Assembly (NCBI GenBank): GCA_963774265.1
Contig: CAVZDU010000010.1
Location: 160,001-224,000 of the forward strand
DNA length: 64,000 nt
Source of the DNA: an uncultured Chloroflexia bacterium
GTDB taxonomy: Bacteria; Chloroflexota; Anaerolineae; CG2-30-64-16
Direction: 5' to 3'
Shown here one piece after another: positions 39,941 to 49,518 of this stretch. Numbering within the stretch: the stretch's first letter is position 1; each line of letters opens with the position of its first letter. The position numbers and the translations under genes were made by a program. Under the pieces are notes generated by a model, which did no database searches, was not told the origin of the DNA, and saw nothing but the letters and a program-made list of their open reading frames with translations.

Positions 39941-39999
39941 GAACTTGGACAGGGCACTATAGATGTCTGAGCCGCATAGCTATCTGCCATACTTGGTTC

Positions 40000-40425
40000 A
40001 TGCCTAAGAAGACGATCTTGTGCAGCGCCTGTTTGATGGGGGTCTCTTGCCGTTACGATGGTAAGGCTAAGACCAATGAAAAGGCGTTGAAACTGCTGGA
40101 GGATCACCATGTGGTTTTGGTTTGCCCTGAACAATTGGGCGGACTGCCAACCCCGCGTCCGCCAGCAGAAATAACGAACAATATGGTGGTCAACAAGAAT
40201 GGAGAAGACGTAACTTTACAGTTTTCGAGAGGAGCCGATGAAGTATTGAATATCGCCAAGCTTGTCGGAGCAAAGGATGCCGTGCTAAAGTCAAACTCAC
40301 CGTCATGCGGTAGCTTGCATCTCTACGACGGTACTTTCACGGGCACCTTGACTGAGGGAGACGGGGTAACGGCTAGTCTGCTGAAGAAAAACGGGATTAG
40401 GGTAGTTAGCGAAAACGATCTATGA
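40000..40425 (+). CDS. DUF523 family (TudS-like 2-thiouracil desulfidase, Fe-S)
   Basis: SACLMG..CRYDG, VCPEQLGGLPTPR, LKSNSPSCG and GDGVTA. Confidence 0.92.
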   Translation: MPKKTILCSACLMGVSCRYDGKAKTNEKALKLLEDHHVVLVCPEQLGGLPTPRPPAEITNNMVVNKNGEDVTLQFSRGADEVLNIAKLVGAKDAVLKSNSPSCGSLHLYDGTFTGTLTEGDGVTASLLKKNGIRVVSENDL

Positions 40426-40669
40426 CATGGCCGCCTAACTGCTACCTGATCGGTCTACTCAACCCCGTTCTATAGCTCCATGCATCCGACTCTTCTCCAA
40501 ACCCGTGTTGCGCTCTCGCCACAAGCCGCAAGATGCCTTGGCCGTGCTGGACATTCTGCGATTGGAGCCTGTCGAGGCTAAGGTCGAGCTGGGTGGTCGG
40601 ATAAGGACTTACGCGAAGCTGACTGTCACGTGGCAGGGTGTCCACCTGGAATTATGGCACCAGACCACG

Positions 40670-40707
40670 AAAAACGGCCTGTGAGGCTTACAACGCCCAC
40701 AGGCCGT
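40670..40707 (-). terminator. Terminator after tRNA-Gly
   Basis: ACGGCCTGTG...CACAGGCCGT followed by TTTT on the minus strand. Confidence 0.75.
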
Positions 40708-40712
40708 GTCAG

Positions 40713-40784
40713 AGCGGGTAAGGGGATTCGAACCCCTGACATCCAGCTTGGGAAGCTGACGTTCTACCGCTGAACTATACCCGC
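40713..40784 (-). tRNA. tRNA-Gly(CCC)
   Basis: GCGGGTA acceptor stem, anticodon loop TTCCCAA, GTTCGAATC T-loop. Confidence 0.96.
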
Positions 40785-40825
40785 AACAGCAGCCATTATA
40801 GGCAACTGCCGCAGGTTGTCAAAAC

Positions 40826-42487
40826 TTAGCGTCCGAAGTTGTGGCATTCGGAGCACGCGATCTTTTTGTCTTTCACGTGCTTATCATGCACGCCATAGAA
40901 ATAGTTGGACCAATCTTCATTTTTCGGCCCGTGACAACTCTCGCAGAGCGTCTTGTCGTTTCGCGTGCTCTTGGGTGTGTAGCCGAGGGCCGGCCAGTCC
41001 AGGCGGGTCGACGTATTAGCATGGCATGTGTCGCACTTGAGCGCCTGATCGTGTGGCGCCACTTCGTGGTTGATGGATAGCCAGCGGTCTGTCGGGACGA
41101 ACTCGTAGTCCTGCGGCAAATTCCAGCCGACGGCTTTCGCGCCTTCGCGGATAGCCCTGTCCACGTCGCCGTCCTGGAACAGGATGCCCATCTTCATCGG
41201 CAAGATTCTCTTGCTGACCGGGTCATATGCCTGCATCGCCGTGTGATACTTGAATCCGAACAATTTCGAGTTGGCATCATTCACATCACCGAGCGGACCG
41301 GACATCAGCACCCGGCCGTTAGTCTGATAGGTAACCGGATCGCCGAATTCGTAGAAGGTCGAATTGCCGTTGAACCAGCGATACTGCGGAATGACGTTCG
41401 CCTCCCGGGTGATCTTCGGTTCGTAGAGCCGGCGACTGGGGAGCTCCTCAACGGCGCGGAAATCGCGGAACATATCTGTCGACGTTTCCCTCGCAAAGGT
41501 AGGGATGTGGCAAACACTGCATTCTACCTTTGCCGTGTGTTTGTTGAGATCGCCGCTGTCGTGAGGTGTTAGCGAGTGGCAGTTGACGCATTTCACCGGG
41601 ACATCCAGATCCGTCCCGCGCATGTCCGAGCCGCGGCCCGCGATCTTATGATCCTGGGTCGTGTGACAACTTTGGCACACCAGCCCTTCGCCGCCGTTGG
41701 CCTTCGACGCCATATGAACATCCAGATTTCGGGATGGATCCAGATGTGCCGGTTCCAGATCGCCACGCTTGTTGTTGGGCCCTCCGCCCGAACCCAGATG
41801 GCATGTCAGGCAGGTGGTCTTGGTGGGCTTCTTGATATCCGTGATCGCCTGCAGCAAGGGTACGCTCATGCGCTCTGGCGCAGGAGCGAATTTGAAGACG
41901 CCATTGTCATTGATAACCTTGCGTTTGTACGTGTCAGAGTGACACATCAGGCAGTCGATATTCTCCAATTGTGCCGTGGTCTGTGCGGGCTCAGGCCGTG
42001 CACCCATGCCCGCGTGACATGTTGCACAACCGCCGTCTGTCGGCTGGCCATCCAGGTTGGTCAGGATGCTCAACCAGTTGATATCGGGGTAACCGCAAAA
42101 GTCGTTGATCGCTCCTAGCTTGCCGCCAGTCCCGAGTCCGGGCACGTGTAACACAGGCGCCTGCCACTGGTAGTGCAGGGAGCTATGCACCTCTTTGGAT
42201 TCCTGCTCATGGCACGTATTGCACGTCTTGCTGCCTTCATACGTTGTCAGGCGGCCGGCGTGCGACGTGTTCAGCGGCGGGTTCGTCGGTGACGTTGTGC
42301 CGCAAGTCACGAACGGAAGATGGAGCCTGCTCTGCGCAGCTATGCCATCGGGGCCAGCCGCTTGGGTGGACGGGGTCGAGGCCTGTAGCAGAATCCCGGC
42401 AAAAGCCAGAGTGAGCGTGACAATGCCGATGATGAGCGCGACAAGCGCGCGCCGGTTCCCATGTGCGCGGCGCGGATGTTCCTCCAT
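40826..42487 (-). CDS. Multiheme c-type cytochrome, octaheme tetrathionate reductase-like, with 10 CxxCH motifs
   Basis: Signal peptide; CNTCH, CATCH, CLMCH, CLTCH, CQSCH, CVNCH, CSVCH, CDTCH, CESCH, CSECH; OTR-like motifs INDFC, DVHM, HKIAGR and INHEVAP. Confidence 0.85.
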   Translation of the reverse strand: MEEHPRRAHGNRRALVALIIGIVTLTLAFAGILLQASTPSTQAAGPDGIAAQSRLHLPFVTCGTTSPTNPPLNTSHAGRLTTYEGSKTCNTCHEQESKEVHSSLHYQWQAPVLHVPGLGTGGKLGAINDFCGYPDINWLSILTNLDGQPTDGGCATCHAGMGARPEPAQTTAQLENIDCLMCHSDTYKRKVINDNGVFKFAPAPERMSVPLLQAITDIKKPTKTTCLTCHLGSGGGPNNKRGDLEPAHLDPSRNLDVHMASKANGGEGLVCQSCHTTQDHKIAGRGSDMRGTDLDVPVKCVNCHSLTPHDSGDLNKHTAKVECSVCHIPTFARETSTDMFRDFRAVEELPSRRLYEPKITREANVIPQYRWFNGNSTFYEFGDPVTYQTNGRVLMSGPLGDVNDANSKLFGFKYHTAMQAYDPVSKRILPMKMGILFQDGDVDRAIREGAKAVGWNLPQDYEFVPTDRWLSINHEVAPHDQALKCDTCHANTSTRLDWPALGYTPKSTRNDKTLCESCHGPKNEDWSNYFYGVHDKHVKDKKIACSECHNFGR

Positions 42488-42594
42488 GCTGGTTCCTCCT
42501 ATGGCATGCTGGTGCGCACGTCGAGGGACAATAGTTCATGTGGGCGCACAAGCGGGTGAGTAACGTGTATCTAAACGCACGAAGCTGCCGCAGG

Positions 42595-44844
42595 TTACGC
42601 CTTGGTGAGAAACGCCGGAAGTTTGAGGATCGCCATCCGGTGCTCGGGCAGGGCCGCGGACACCTGGCCGTCATGCGAAAGCACCACGTAGATCCTTATC
42701 TCGCTGTTGAGTGAGTATCCCAGTGTAGCCAGAGGGACGCTTGCTTCGAAGGATTTCTCGCCGACGGTGGCCAGGAGGGGACCTTCGGCTCGCCAACCTG
42801 CCTGGCCGTCGGCGCCGAAAAGGAACGGCGTCGGATGGCCGGCGTCGCGCCGGATCAGCCAATGCGCAGCGAGTTCGCGCGGCGCATCATCGGGGTCCCA
42901 AAAATGCGCGTCAACGCGCTGGTTTGCCGGACGGCCCGATGCATCGCCCAGGTAAATCAGCGTATCGAAGTCATCAATACTCTGGCGTAAATCCAGGCGC
43001 AAGAATAGCCGCGTCGGATCGTGTCCCACGAACAACCGCTCGATGACCCCAACCGCACGTTGCATTGTGCCGGTGGACGCGCTCGCGGGGAGCAAACTCG
43101 CTGCCGGCGCCCAGGCCTCGCCTGGATAGGGTGAAGCGCTTAGTTTTGGGGTGACATAACCTGTTGCTGGACGGTGGTCGGCAGCCAGGGCGGCCTGCTG
43201 GATGGGCTCGGACAGCCATGCGGGGGGTTCATCGCCGAGGGCCTCGTAGACCCGTGCCAGTGCGTGGCGGTAGAGCCGATCAAATAGGGCGTCCTGATCT
43301 GAGCTGTTCCGGTGAGAATACCACCAGAACCAGTCACTACCTTCCGCGGCGTGCAGTGCGTGCCGTGCCGCTGCAAGTTGATCCGGCCGTGGGGCATCGG
43401 AGTGGTTGTCAGGCCGCGTGGTGTTCGGATTCGATCGTGAGGTCAGGTGTTCTTTCGCTCGGCGCAGGGCATCCCAGGCCTTATTGTGCTCCGGGTCGCC
43501 GATCCAAGTGGTCAGATCGCCGCCGATCCAGGAGCCGGTGGCCAGGCGCGCAAGCGTTGCAGCGGGGCGCCGGCCTTCGATGAATTCTCCCACGGTGACC
43601 GCTTGAAGCTCAGGCCGGCGCTCCAATTCACCGTAGAATGTGTTCAGGAAGGCGTCACCGTTGTGCTCGAAATGCTCCCAACAGTTCTCTCCGTCCAGTA
43701 TGATGCTGACGAGATACGGCGAGACGGGATCATTGATCCGGCGGCGGATTTCCAGGAGGCGATAGATCATGTCTTCGGCAGCCTGTTCGCCGGGCAGGTG
43801 TTGATACAGGAATCCGATGCGGTCGGCAAGCTCCTGGTCGCGGAAAACGATGTGTGGACCGAGTTCGCTGCCTGCCATCACGCGATAGGCCTGATACAGC
43901 GCACGTGGATTGGTGAGCAGGGCGTTGCTGTCGCGATCCAGGCTGTAACCCAGGCTGCGCGCCAGGATCGTCTCCCCGCTCGCCAGCCAGGTGAACCCGG
44001 CCGCGCGGACGAACGGCAGTATCTCGGGCGATACCGCACCTTCGGAGGGCCAGAGGCCGCGCGGCGGCGCTCCGAAGTGCGTGGTGTGCGACTCGACCGC
44101 CAGAGCGAGCTGCGCCACGACGTCCTCGGTCGCTCGATAAGCGGGTTCCGGCAGGGGCAGGCCGGGGCTGGCGCGTCGCGCGCAGTCTGAGTCCGCCAGC
44201 AGGGGGAGAATCGGATGAAAATAGGGGCTGGCACACACTTCAAGCTGCCCGTCGTGAACCAGCTTCCGATAAAGCGGCAGGACGCGTCCGGCAATCTCGC
44301 GCTGCTTCGCGTGCACCGCGCGCACATCGGCGACGGTGTAGTTGCGTCCCTTGGCCATCAGAGTCGAGAGCGCCGGGTCGCGTTCCAGCCAATTCGGATC
44401 GGTCCACGCCAGATTGAACCAGGTCACGAGGTCGCGGTAATCACCATCGGTGAACGCAGATGGCTCGGCAAGCGCGGCGGGCCGGCGATTGAGCAGCTCG
44501 GCGTACCTGGGATAACGGCGAATGACCTTATCCCAATTGATGCTGAAGCAGAGCGAGAGCATGAAGCGGCGATGATCGTCGTTCCAGGTGTCCAACTCAG
44601 CGACGCGGGCGAGGCTGTCCGTCTGGCGGCCTTCGGCCCAATCGAGCATCTGCTCGACCAGTGACGGAACCATGTTGATAGTGAGATGCACCTGCGGATG
44701 CCTGGCAAGGACTTCTGCCATATGCAGATAGTCCTTCGCTGCGTGCAGGCGCACCCAGGGCAGAGGCACGTCGCCAGTCCGCAGGTCCCGGTAATAAGGC
44801 TGGTGCATGTGCCAGACAATGGCGACGTAGAGCGGCTGCATCAA
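42595..44844 (-). CDS. Glycoside hydrolase family 57 (amylopullulanase-like)
   Basis: WHMHQPYY, LPWVRLH, PYFHPILP, GLWPSEG, LDGENCWE and AEGSDWFWW. Confidence 0.93.
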   Translation of the reverse strand: MMQPLYVAIVWHMHQPYYRDLRTGDVPLPWVRLHAAKDYLHMAEVLARHPQVHLTINMVPSLVEQMLDWAEGRQTDSLARVAELDTWNDDHRRFMLSLCFSINWDKVIRRYPRYAELLNRRPAALAEPSAFTDGDYRDLVTWFNLAWTDPNWLERDPALSTLMAKGRNYTVADVRAVHAKQREIAGRVLPLYRKLVHDGQLEVCASPYFHPILPLLADSDCARRASPGLPLPEPAYRATEDVVAQLALAVESHTTHFGAPPRGLWPSEGAVSPEILPFVRAAGFTWLASGETILARSLGYSLDRDSNALLTNPRALYQAYRVMAGSELGPHIVFRDQELADRIGFLYQHLPGEQAAEDMIYRLLEIRRRINDPVSPYLVSIILDGENCWEHFEHNGDAFLNTFYGELERRPELQAVTVGEFIEGRRPAATLARLATGSWIGGDLTTWIGDPEHNKAWDALRRAKEHLTSRSNPNTTRPDNHSDAPRPDQLAAARHALHAAEGSDWFWWYSHRNSSDQDALFDRLYRHALARVYEALGDEPPAWLSEPIQQAALAADHRPATGYVTPKLSASPYPGEAWAPAASLLPASASTGTMQRAVGVIERLFVGHDPTRLFLRLDLRQSIDDFDTLIYLGDASGRPANQRVDAHFWDPDDAPRELAAHWLIRRDAGHPTPFLFGADGQAGWRAEGPLLATVGEKSFEASVPLATLGYSLNSEIRIYVVLSHDGQVSAALPEHRMAILKLPAFLTKA

Positions 44845-44863
44845 AAGGCGGTAAGAATCTGCC

Positions 44864-46357
44864 TCAGTCCAAGGAACGCAGGTGAGGGAAGAGAATCACT
44901 TCTCGGATGGACTGGCGATCGGTGAAAAGCATCGCCAGGCGGTCAATCCCGGTTCCGAAACCTCCCGTGGGCGGCATCCCATAGCTCAGCGCGTTCAAGA
45001 AGTCCTCGTCAAGCGGATGAACGTTTTCATCCTCACCGGTCATGGCCGAACGCAGCTCAACAAAACGCGCGCGCTGATCGACCGGGTCGTTGAGTTCTGT
45101 GAACGCATTGCCCAGTTCCATGCCCGCGATGAAATACTCGAAGCGTTCGACCGTGGTCGGGTCGTCCGCCTTCTTCTTGGCCAGTGGGCTGATGTCGACC
45201 GGATAGTCTATGATGAACGTCGGCTGGATCAGCTTCGGCTCCACGTAGTCGCCGAAAAGCCCATCGATGAGTTTGCCGCGGCTGGCCTTCGCTTCGCATT
45301 GCAGCCCGCGCTCACGAATGGCTTGGGTCAATGATGGTGCGTCATTGTAGAGCGTGTAATCTACGCCTGTGACTTCGAGGATGGCGTCCCGCATCGTGAC
45401 CCGCCGCCAGGGCGGTGTGAGATCGATGACGTTGCCGTTATAGTTGATCGACAGCCCATCCGTCATCTCCCGGCTGATGGCACACACCATCTCTTCTGTG
45501 CGCTGCATCATCCCGTGGTAATCGGTGTAGGCCTCGTAGAATTCGAGTTGAGTGAATTCGGGATTGTGCTTGAAACTGATGCCCTCGTTGCGAAAGTCTC
45601 GGCCTATTTCGTACACGCGCTCATAACCGCCCACAATCAAACGCTTGAGGTACAGCTCAAAGCTAATGCGTAGGAACAGTTCCTGTTCGAGCTGGTTGTG
45701 GAACGTGGTGAAAGGCCGCGCCGCCGCGCCGCCGTAGATCGGCTGGAGCACGGGAGTCTCGACCTCGAGGAATCCATTTGCGTCCAGATAGCGTCGAGCT
45801 GCAGCCACGAGCCTGGCGCGGGCGGTGAAGACGTCCCGCACTTCGCGGTTAGCCAATAAGTCGACATAACGCTGGCGATACCGTGTCTCGACATCCTTCA
45901 ACCCGTGCCATTTGTCCGGCATGGGGTTCAAGGTCTTGGAGATGAGCGCCAGTTTTTCCACCTCGCAGGAAATCTCGCCGGTCCGGGTGGCGAACATAGG
46001 GCCGGTGACTTCAATGAAGTCGCCCAGGTCGATTAGCCTCTTGAATAACTCGTGGTAAACCTGTTCGCCGAGAACGTCGCGTTTTAGGTACACCTGGATC
46101 CGCCCACTGCCGTCTTCGATGTGAGCAAATGCAGCCTTGCCCATGACTCGCACCGAGATCATCCGGCCCACGAGCGTGACCTGCTCGCCAGCAGCAAGCT
46201 CACCGGCTTGGAATGCATGGGCCGCTTCCGCGGTTGTGTGGGTCCGCGGCCAGGGAAGCCGTTGCGGGTAGGGCTCGACCCCAATGGCGCGCAGGTCGAC
46301 GAGCTTTTCGCGGCGGACGAGTTGTTGCTCGTTCAGATTGAGATCGGCGTCTTCCAC
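44864..46357 (-). CDS. lysS: Lysine--tRNA ligase (class II)
   Basis: RYRQRYVDL, FLEVETP, FRNEG, HNPEFT and YGMPPTGG.GIDRL. Confidence 0.98.
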   Translation of the reverse strand: MEDADLNLNEQQLVRREKLVDLRAIGVEPYPQRLPWPRTHTTAEAAHAFQAGELAAGEQVTLVGRMISVRVMGKAAFAHIEDGSGRIQVYLKRDVLGEQVYHELFKRLIDLGDFIEVTGPMFATRTGEISCEVEKLALISKTLNPMPDKWHGLKDVETRYRQRYVDLLANREVRDVFTARARLVAAARRYLDANGFLEVETPVLQPIYGGAAARPFTTFHNQLEQELFLRISFELYLKRLIVGGYERVYEIGRDFRNEGISFKHNPEFTQLEFYEAYTDYHGMMQRTEEMVCAISREMTDGLSINYNGNVIDLTPPWRRVTMRDAILEVTGVDYTLYNDAPSLTQAIRERGLQCEAKASRGKLIDGLFGDYVEPKLIQPTFIIDYPVDISPLAKKKADDPTTVERFEYFIAGMELGNAFTELNDPVDQRARFVELRSAMTGEDENVHPLDEDFLNALSYGMPPTGGFGTGIDRLAMLFTDRQSIREVILFPHLRSLD

Positions 46358-46367
46358 GATGTTGTCC

Positions 46368-46841
46368 CTACTCGATCTTTACGATTTCGAACTCAGCACT
46401 GCCGCCGGGCGTCTGTACAACGACTAGCTCACGAACGCGATGCCCCATCAGAGCGTGACCGATCGGCGATTTGAAGGAGATGCGGCCGTTGACGGGGTCC
46501 ACTTCGGTGGATCCGACAATGGCATAGGTTTCCTCGTCGCCATACTCGACGTCGCGGATCGTCACCTTGCAGCCAATATCGACGGAGTCTTTGCGGCCGT
46601 TCTCATTGATGACCACAGCGCTGCTCAAAATGCTGCGCAGGGTGAGGATGCGGCCTTCCACAAAGGCCTGGGTATTCTTGGCCTCGTCGTACCCGGCGTT
46701 CTCCGAGATATCACCATCCGCCTTTGCGTCACCGATCTGGCGAGCGACCTCGGGGCGTCGTACGTTGATTAGGTACTCTAGCTCCTCCCGGAGTCTCTGA
46801 ATCCCCTCAGCCGTCAGGTAGTTGCTGTTCGGTTCGTCCAT
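46368..46841 (-). CDS. greA: Transcription elongation factor GreA
   Basis: LT.EG...L..EL, GDISENAGYDEAK and IS..SPIG.ALMG. Confidence 0.96.
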   Translation of the reverse strand: MDEPNSNYLTAEGIQRLREELEYLINVRRPEVARQIGDAKADGDISENAGYDEAKNTQAFVEGRILTLRSILSSAVVINENGRKDSVDIGCKVTIRDVEYGDEETYAIVGSTEVDPVNGRISFKSPIGHALMGHRVRELVVVQTPGGSAEFEIVKIE

Positions 46842-46910
46842 CACGCGCTGTGCCTCTGTAATCCCCTTGGGGTGATCGTTCACCCCGCTCACACCATGCC
46901 ATAAGGCCAT

Positions 46911-47048
46911 AAAAAAGCGCCGACGGGCAAGCGATGGGCTCGCGGCCGTGGCGACTTAGTGCGGACGGGGTTGAACAATAAAGAACGCCGTCAGTGGTTA
47001 GACGGCTCAAACATGAACATTATACGCCAGGCATATCGCCGCCGTCAA
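46911..47048 (-). promoter_or_regulatory. greA promoter and leader with an intrinsic terminator
   Basis: TTGACG-18nt-TATAAT (47048-47019); a hairpin followed by TTTTTT at 46953-46911 precedes greA. Confidence 0.6.
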
Positions 47049-47122
47049 ATATAGGAACTGTTCTGCAGGCGCCGGCGTCACGAAGGCAGATTTGGTTCTT
47101 TCGGCCATCGAGGAGGAGCGCC

Positions 47123-49330
47123 ATGAGAGATTTGCCTACCAGACCCAACGTATTAGTGCCCCATCATACCTTGGAGCGGCCCTTGGTGACGCTGGGGCTG
47201 CTCTTCATCTTGCTCCTGTTCATGCTGGTCTTCGCCGCATATCCCGTGTCGGCTGACGGGTTCATCATTCCGCAACCGCCAATCGACCGCCCGATCCCCT
47301 GGCGAGATGTGCCGCTAACGATCAAGTACCACCGCGTCAATGTCAGTATCGAGGATCAGGTGGCGACGACGAAGGTGGATCAGGTCTTCGTCAATGACGC
47401 CGACTTCGCCGTCGAAGGAACATACATCTTCCCGCTGCCGGAAGACGCTGCCGTGTCGAGTTTCGATATGTGGGTTGACGGCAAGAAGCTGGAAGGTAAA
47501 CTCCTGGGCCGTGATGAGGCGCGGCGCATCTATGAGGATATCGTGCGCCGGCAGAAAGACCCTGCGCTGCTGGAGTACGCCGGTCGCGGCGCATTCCAGG
47601 CGCGCATTTTCCCCATCCCCCCACGCGGCGAGCGCCGGATCGAGCTGGCTTACACCCAGGTGCTAAATCAGCAGAGCGGTCTCGTGCACTACCGCTACCC
47701 GCTGAACACCGAGAAATTCTCGGCTCGGCCGTTGTCCGAAGTGGCGATTAGCGTCGAATTGAGCGGTCGTACACCGCTGCGTGCGATCTACTCGCCCTCC
47801 CACCAGGTTCAGGTGGAGCGCGCCGGAGAGAAGGCCGCGACGGTCGGCTTCGAGGCCCGCAATGTGCGACCTGACCGAGACTTCGATCTGTATTACAGCA
47901 TCTCCAACGATGCGATTGCCGTAAACCTGCTCAGTTACAAGCCCTTCGATGAGGATGGATATTTCTTGCTGCTTGTGACACCTCCTGTTGAGGCGGAGGG
48001 TGAGGCCGTTGCCAAGGACGTCGTGCTGGTGCTCGACACCTCGGGAAGCATGGCGGGTGAGAAGATGGACCAGGCCAAGGCGGCGGTGCGCTACGTACTG
48101 GACAATCTGGGCGAACGTGACCGTTTCAATATCGTGTCGTTCAGCACTGCCACCCGCTTGTTCGCTGACCAGCCGGTCTCCCTCACCCAACGCGCAAAGG
48201 GACGCGACTTCATCCAGAAGCTCCAGGCTGCGGGCAGCACGGATATCAATCGCGCTCTCCTCGAAGCCGTCTATGGCGCAGATAGCACGCGACCCACAGT
48301 CGTTATCTTTCTGACTGACGGGCTCCCAACTGCAGGTGAAACCGACCCGGATCGGATCATCGCGAACATCGCTGCGGCCGCACCGAAATCGGTCCGCCTG
48401 TTCTCATTCGGGGTTGGCTTCGATGTGGATACGGTGCTGTTGGATGCGCTGAGCAGCGGCCAACGTGGGACAAGCGCCTACGTGCGGCCCGAACAGGATA
48501 TAGAAGAAGAGGTGTCTGGCTTCTACGCAAAAGTCAGCTCGCCGGTGCTGGTCGATCTCCAGGCGACTTTCTCTGGGGTCAAGGTCGATGATCTGTACCC
48601 CTATCCACTGCCTGACCTGTTCGCGGGTTCACAGCTTGTGGTCGCCGGCCGCTATCGTTCCGGTGGGACCGCAGAACTGCGATTGACGGGCCAGGTTGAT
48701 GGGCAGTCGCGCACGAGCCGGTATTCCGGACTGACGTTTGTGGCACGCGGCGGCAACGAGTTTATCCCGAGGCTGTGGGCTCAGCGCAAGATCGGGTACC
48801 TGTTGACCCAAATCCGGCTGAAGGGTGCGAACGATGAGCTGGTTCAGGAAGTGACCGCTCTGGGGACGAAATTCGGCATCGCGACGCCGTACACGTCATT
48901 CCTCGTTGAGGAGCCGGGGCTGGGTGGTGGACCTGTTCCTGCTCAGGGCTTTGGAGCGCCCACCTCACCGTCGGGTGGAGGCGCATCTCCGACGCAGGCG
49001 CCAGCGGTTGCTCAGGATGTTGGCCGATCGGGCGAGGCAGCCGTGTCGAAGGCACAGAGTGAAGCCGCGATGCGCGAAGCCGAGAGTGTGGCGGAGGCGC
49101 CATCGAGCGCAGTGGTCCGCCAGGTAGGTGACAAGACGTTCGCCCTCCAGGGTGAAACATGGGTGGACACCATCTTCGACGCAAAGAAGCTGAAGCCGGA
49201 GCCGATCAAGTTCGGCAGCGATCGCTATTTCAAGCTGATGACCGAACGTCCCGAGATTGCCCGCTACCTCGCGCTCGGCGAAAAGGTGACGGTCGTGATC
49301 CAGGGCAAGGCCTACGCCATCGCACCCTGA
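47123..49330 (+). CDS. Secreted VIT + vWA domain protein (inter-alpha-trypsin inhibitor-like)
   Basis: Signal peptide, EGTYIFPLP, DPALLEY, LDTSGSM (MIDAS), FLTDG and TPYTSFLV. Confidence 0.92.
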   Translation: MRDLPTRPNVLVPHHTLERPLVTLGLLFILLLFMLVFAAYPVSADGFIIPQPPIDRPIPWRDVPLTIKYHRVNVSIEDQVATTKVDQVFVNDADFAVEGTYIFPLPEDAAVSSFDMWVDGKKLEGKLLGRDEARRIYEDIVRRQKDPALLEYAGRGAFQARIFPIPPRGERRIELAYTQVLNQQSGLVHYRYPLNTEKFSARPLSEVAISVELSGRTPLRAIYSPSHQVQVERAGEKAATVGFEARNVRPDRDFDLYYSISNDAIAVNLLSYKPFDEDGYFLLLVTPPVEAEGEAVAKDVVLVLDTSGSMAGEKMDQAKAAVRYVLDNLGERDRFNIVSFSTATRLFADQPVSLTQRAKGRDFIQKLQAAGSTDINRALLEAVYGADSTRPTVVIFLTDGLPTAGETDPDRIIANIAAAAPKSVRLFSFGVGFDVDTVLLDALSSGQRGTSAYVRPEQDIEEEVSGFYAKVSSPVLVDLQATFSGVKVDDLYPYPLPDLFAGSQLVVAGRYRSGGTAELRLTGQVDGQSRTSRYSGLTFVARGGNEFIPRLWAQRKIGYLLTQIRLKGANDELVQEVTALGTKFGIATPYTSFLVEEPGLGGGPVPAQGFGAPTSPSGGGASPTQAPAVAQDVGRSGEAAVSKAQSEAAMREAESVAEAPSSAVVRQVGDKTFALQGETWVDTIFDAKKLKPEPIKFGSDRYFKLMTERPEIARYLALGEKVTVVIQGKAYAIAP

Positions 49331-49343
49331 AGCCGCTAAACAT

Positions 49344-49421
49344 AGATTGGAGATTGAAGATTCAGTTGAGCTGCTCCCAACAAATCTTCAATCTTCAATC
49401 TTCAATCTTCAATCTTCAATC
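49344..49421. repeat. Heptamer tandem repeat (AATCTTC)n with an inverted partner
   Basis: About 5.5 copies at 49383-49421; inverted AGATTGGAGATTGAAGATT at 49344-49362. Confidence 0.85.
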
Positions 49422-49518
49422 GTCTCAACCCCTCATAATTGCCAGTGATTTCCCCGCATGTTATAATCGATTTGTCTATGACCTGTATCATATTGCACCC
49501 GTCCCCGCGGAGATTTAG

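Larger units (their letters stand above)
34144..40732. mobile_element. Degenerate genomic island at tRNA-Gly(CCC)
   Basis: Bounded by the tRNA 3' direct repeats; cargo is fragmented and heterogeneous; no integrase seen. Confidence 0.75.

Noticed and set aside
39255-40440. Integron cassettes (GCCTAAA/GCCTAAC at the ends of the nitroreductase and DUF523 genes)
   Set aside because: No matching GTTRRRY core or attC palindrome downstream and no intI; at most eroded remnants.
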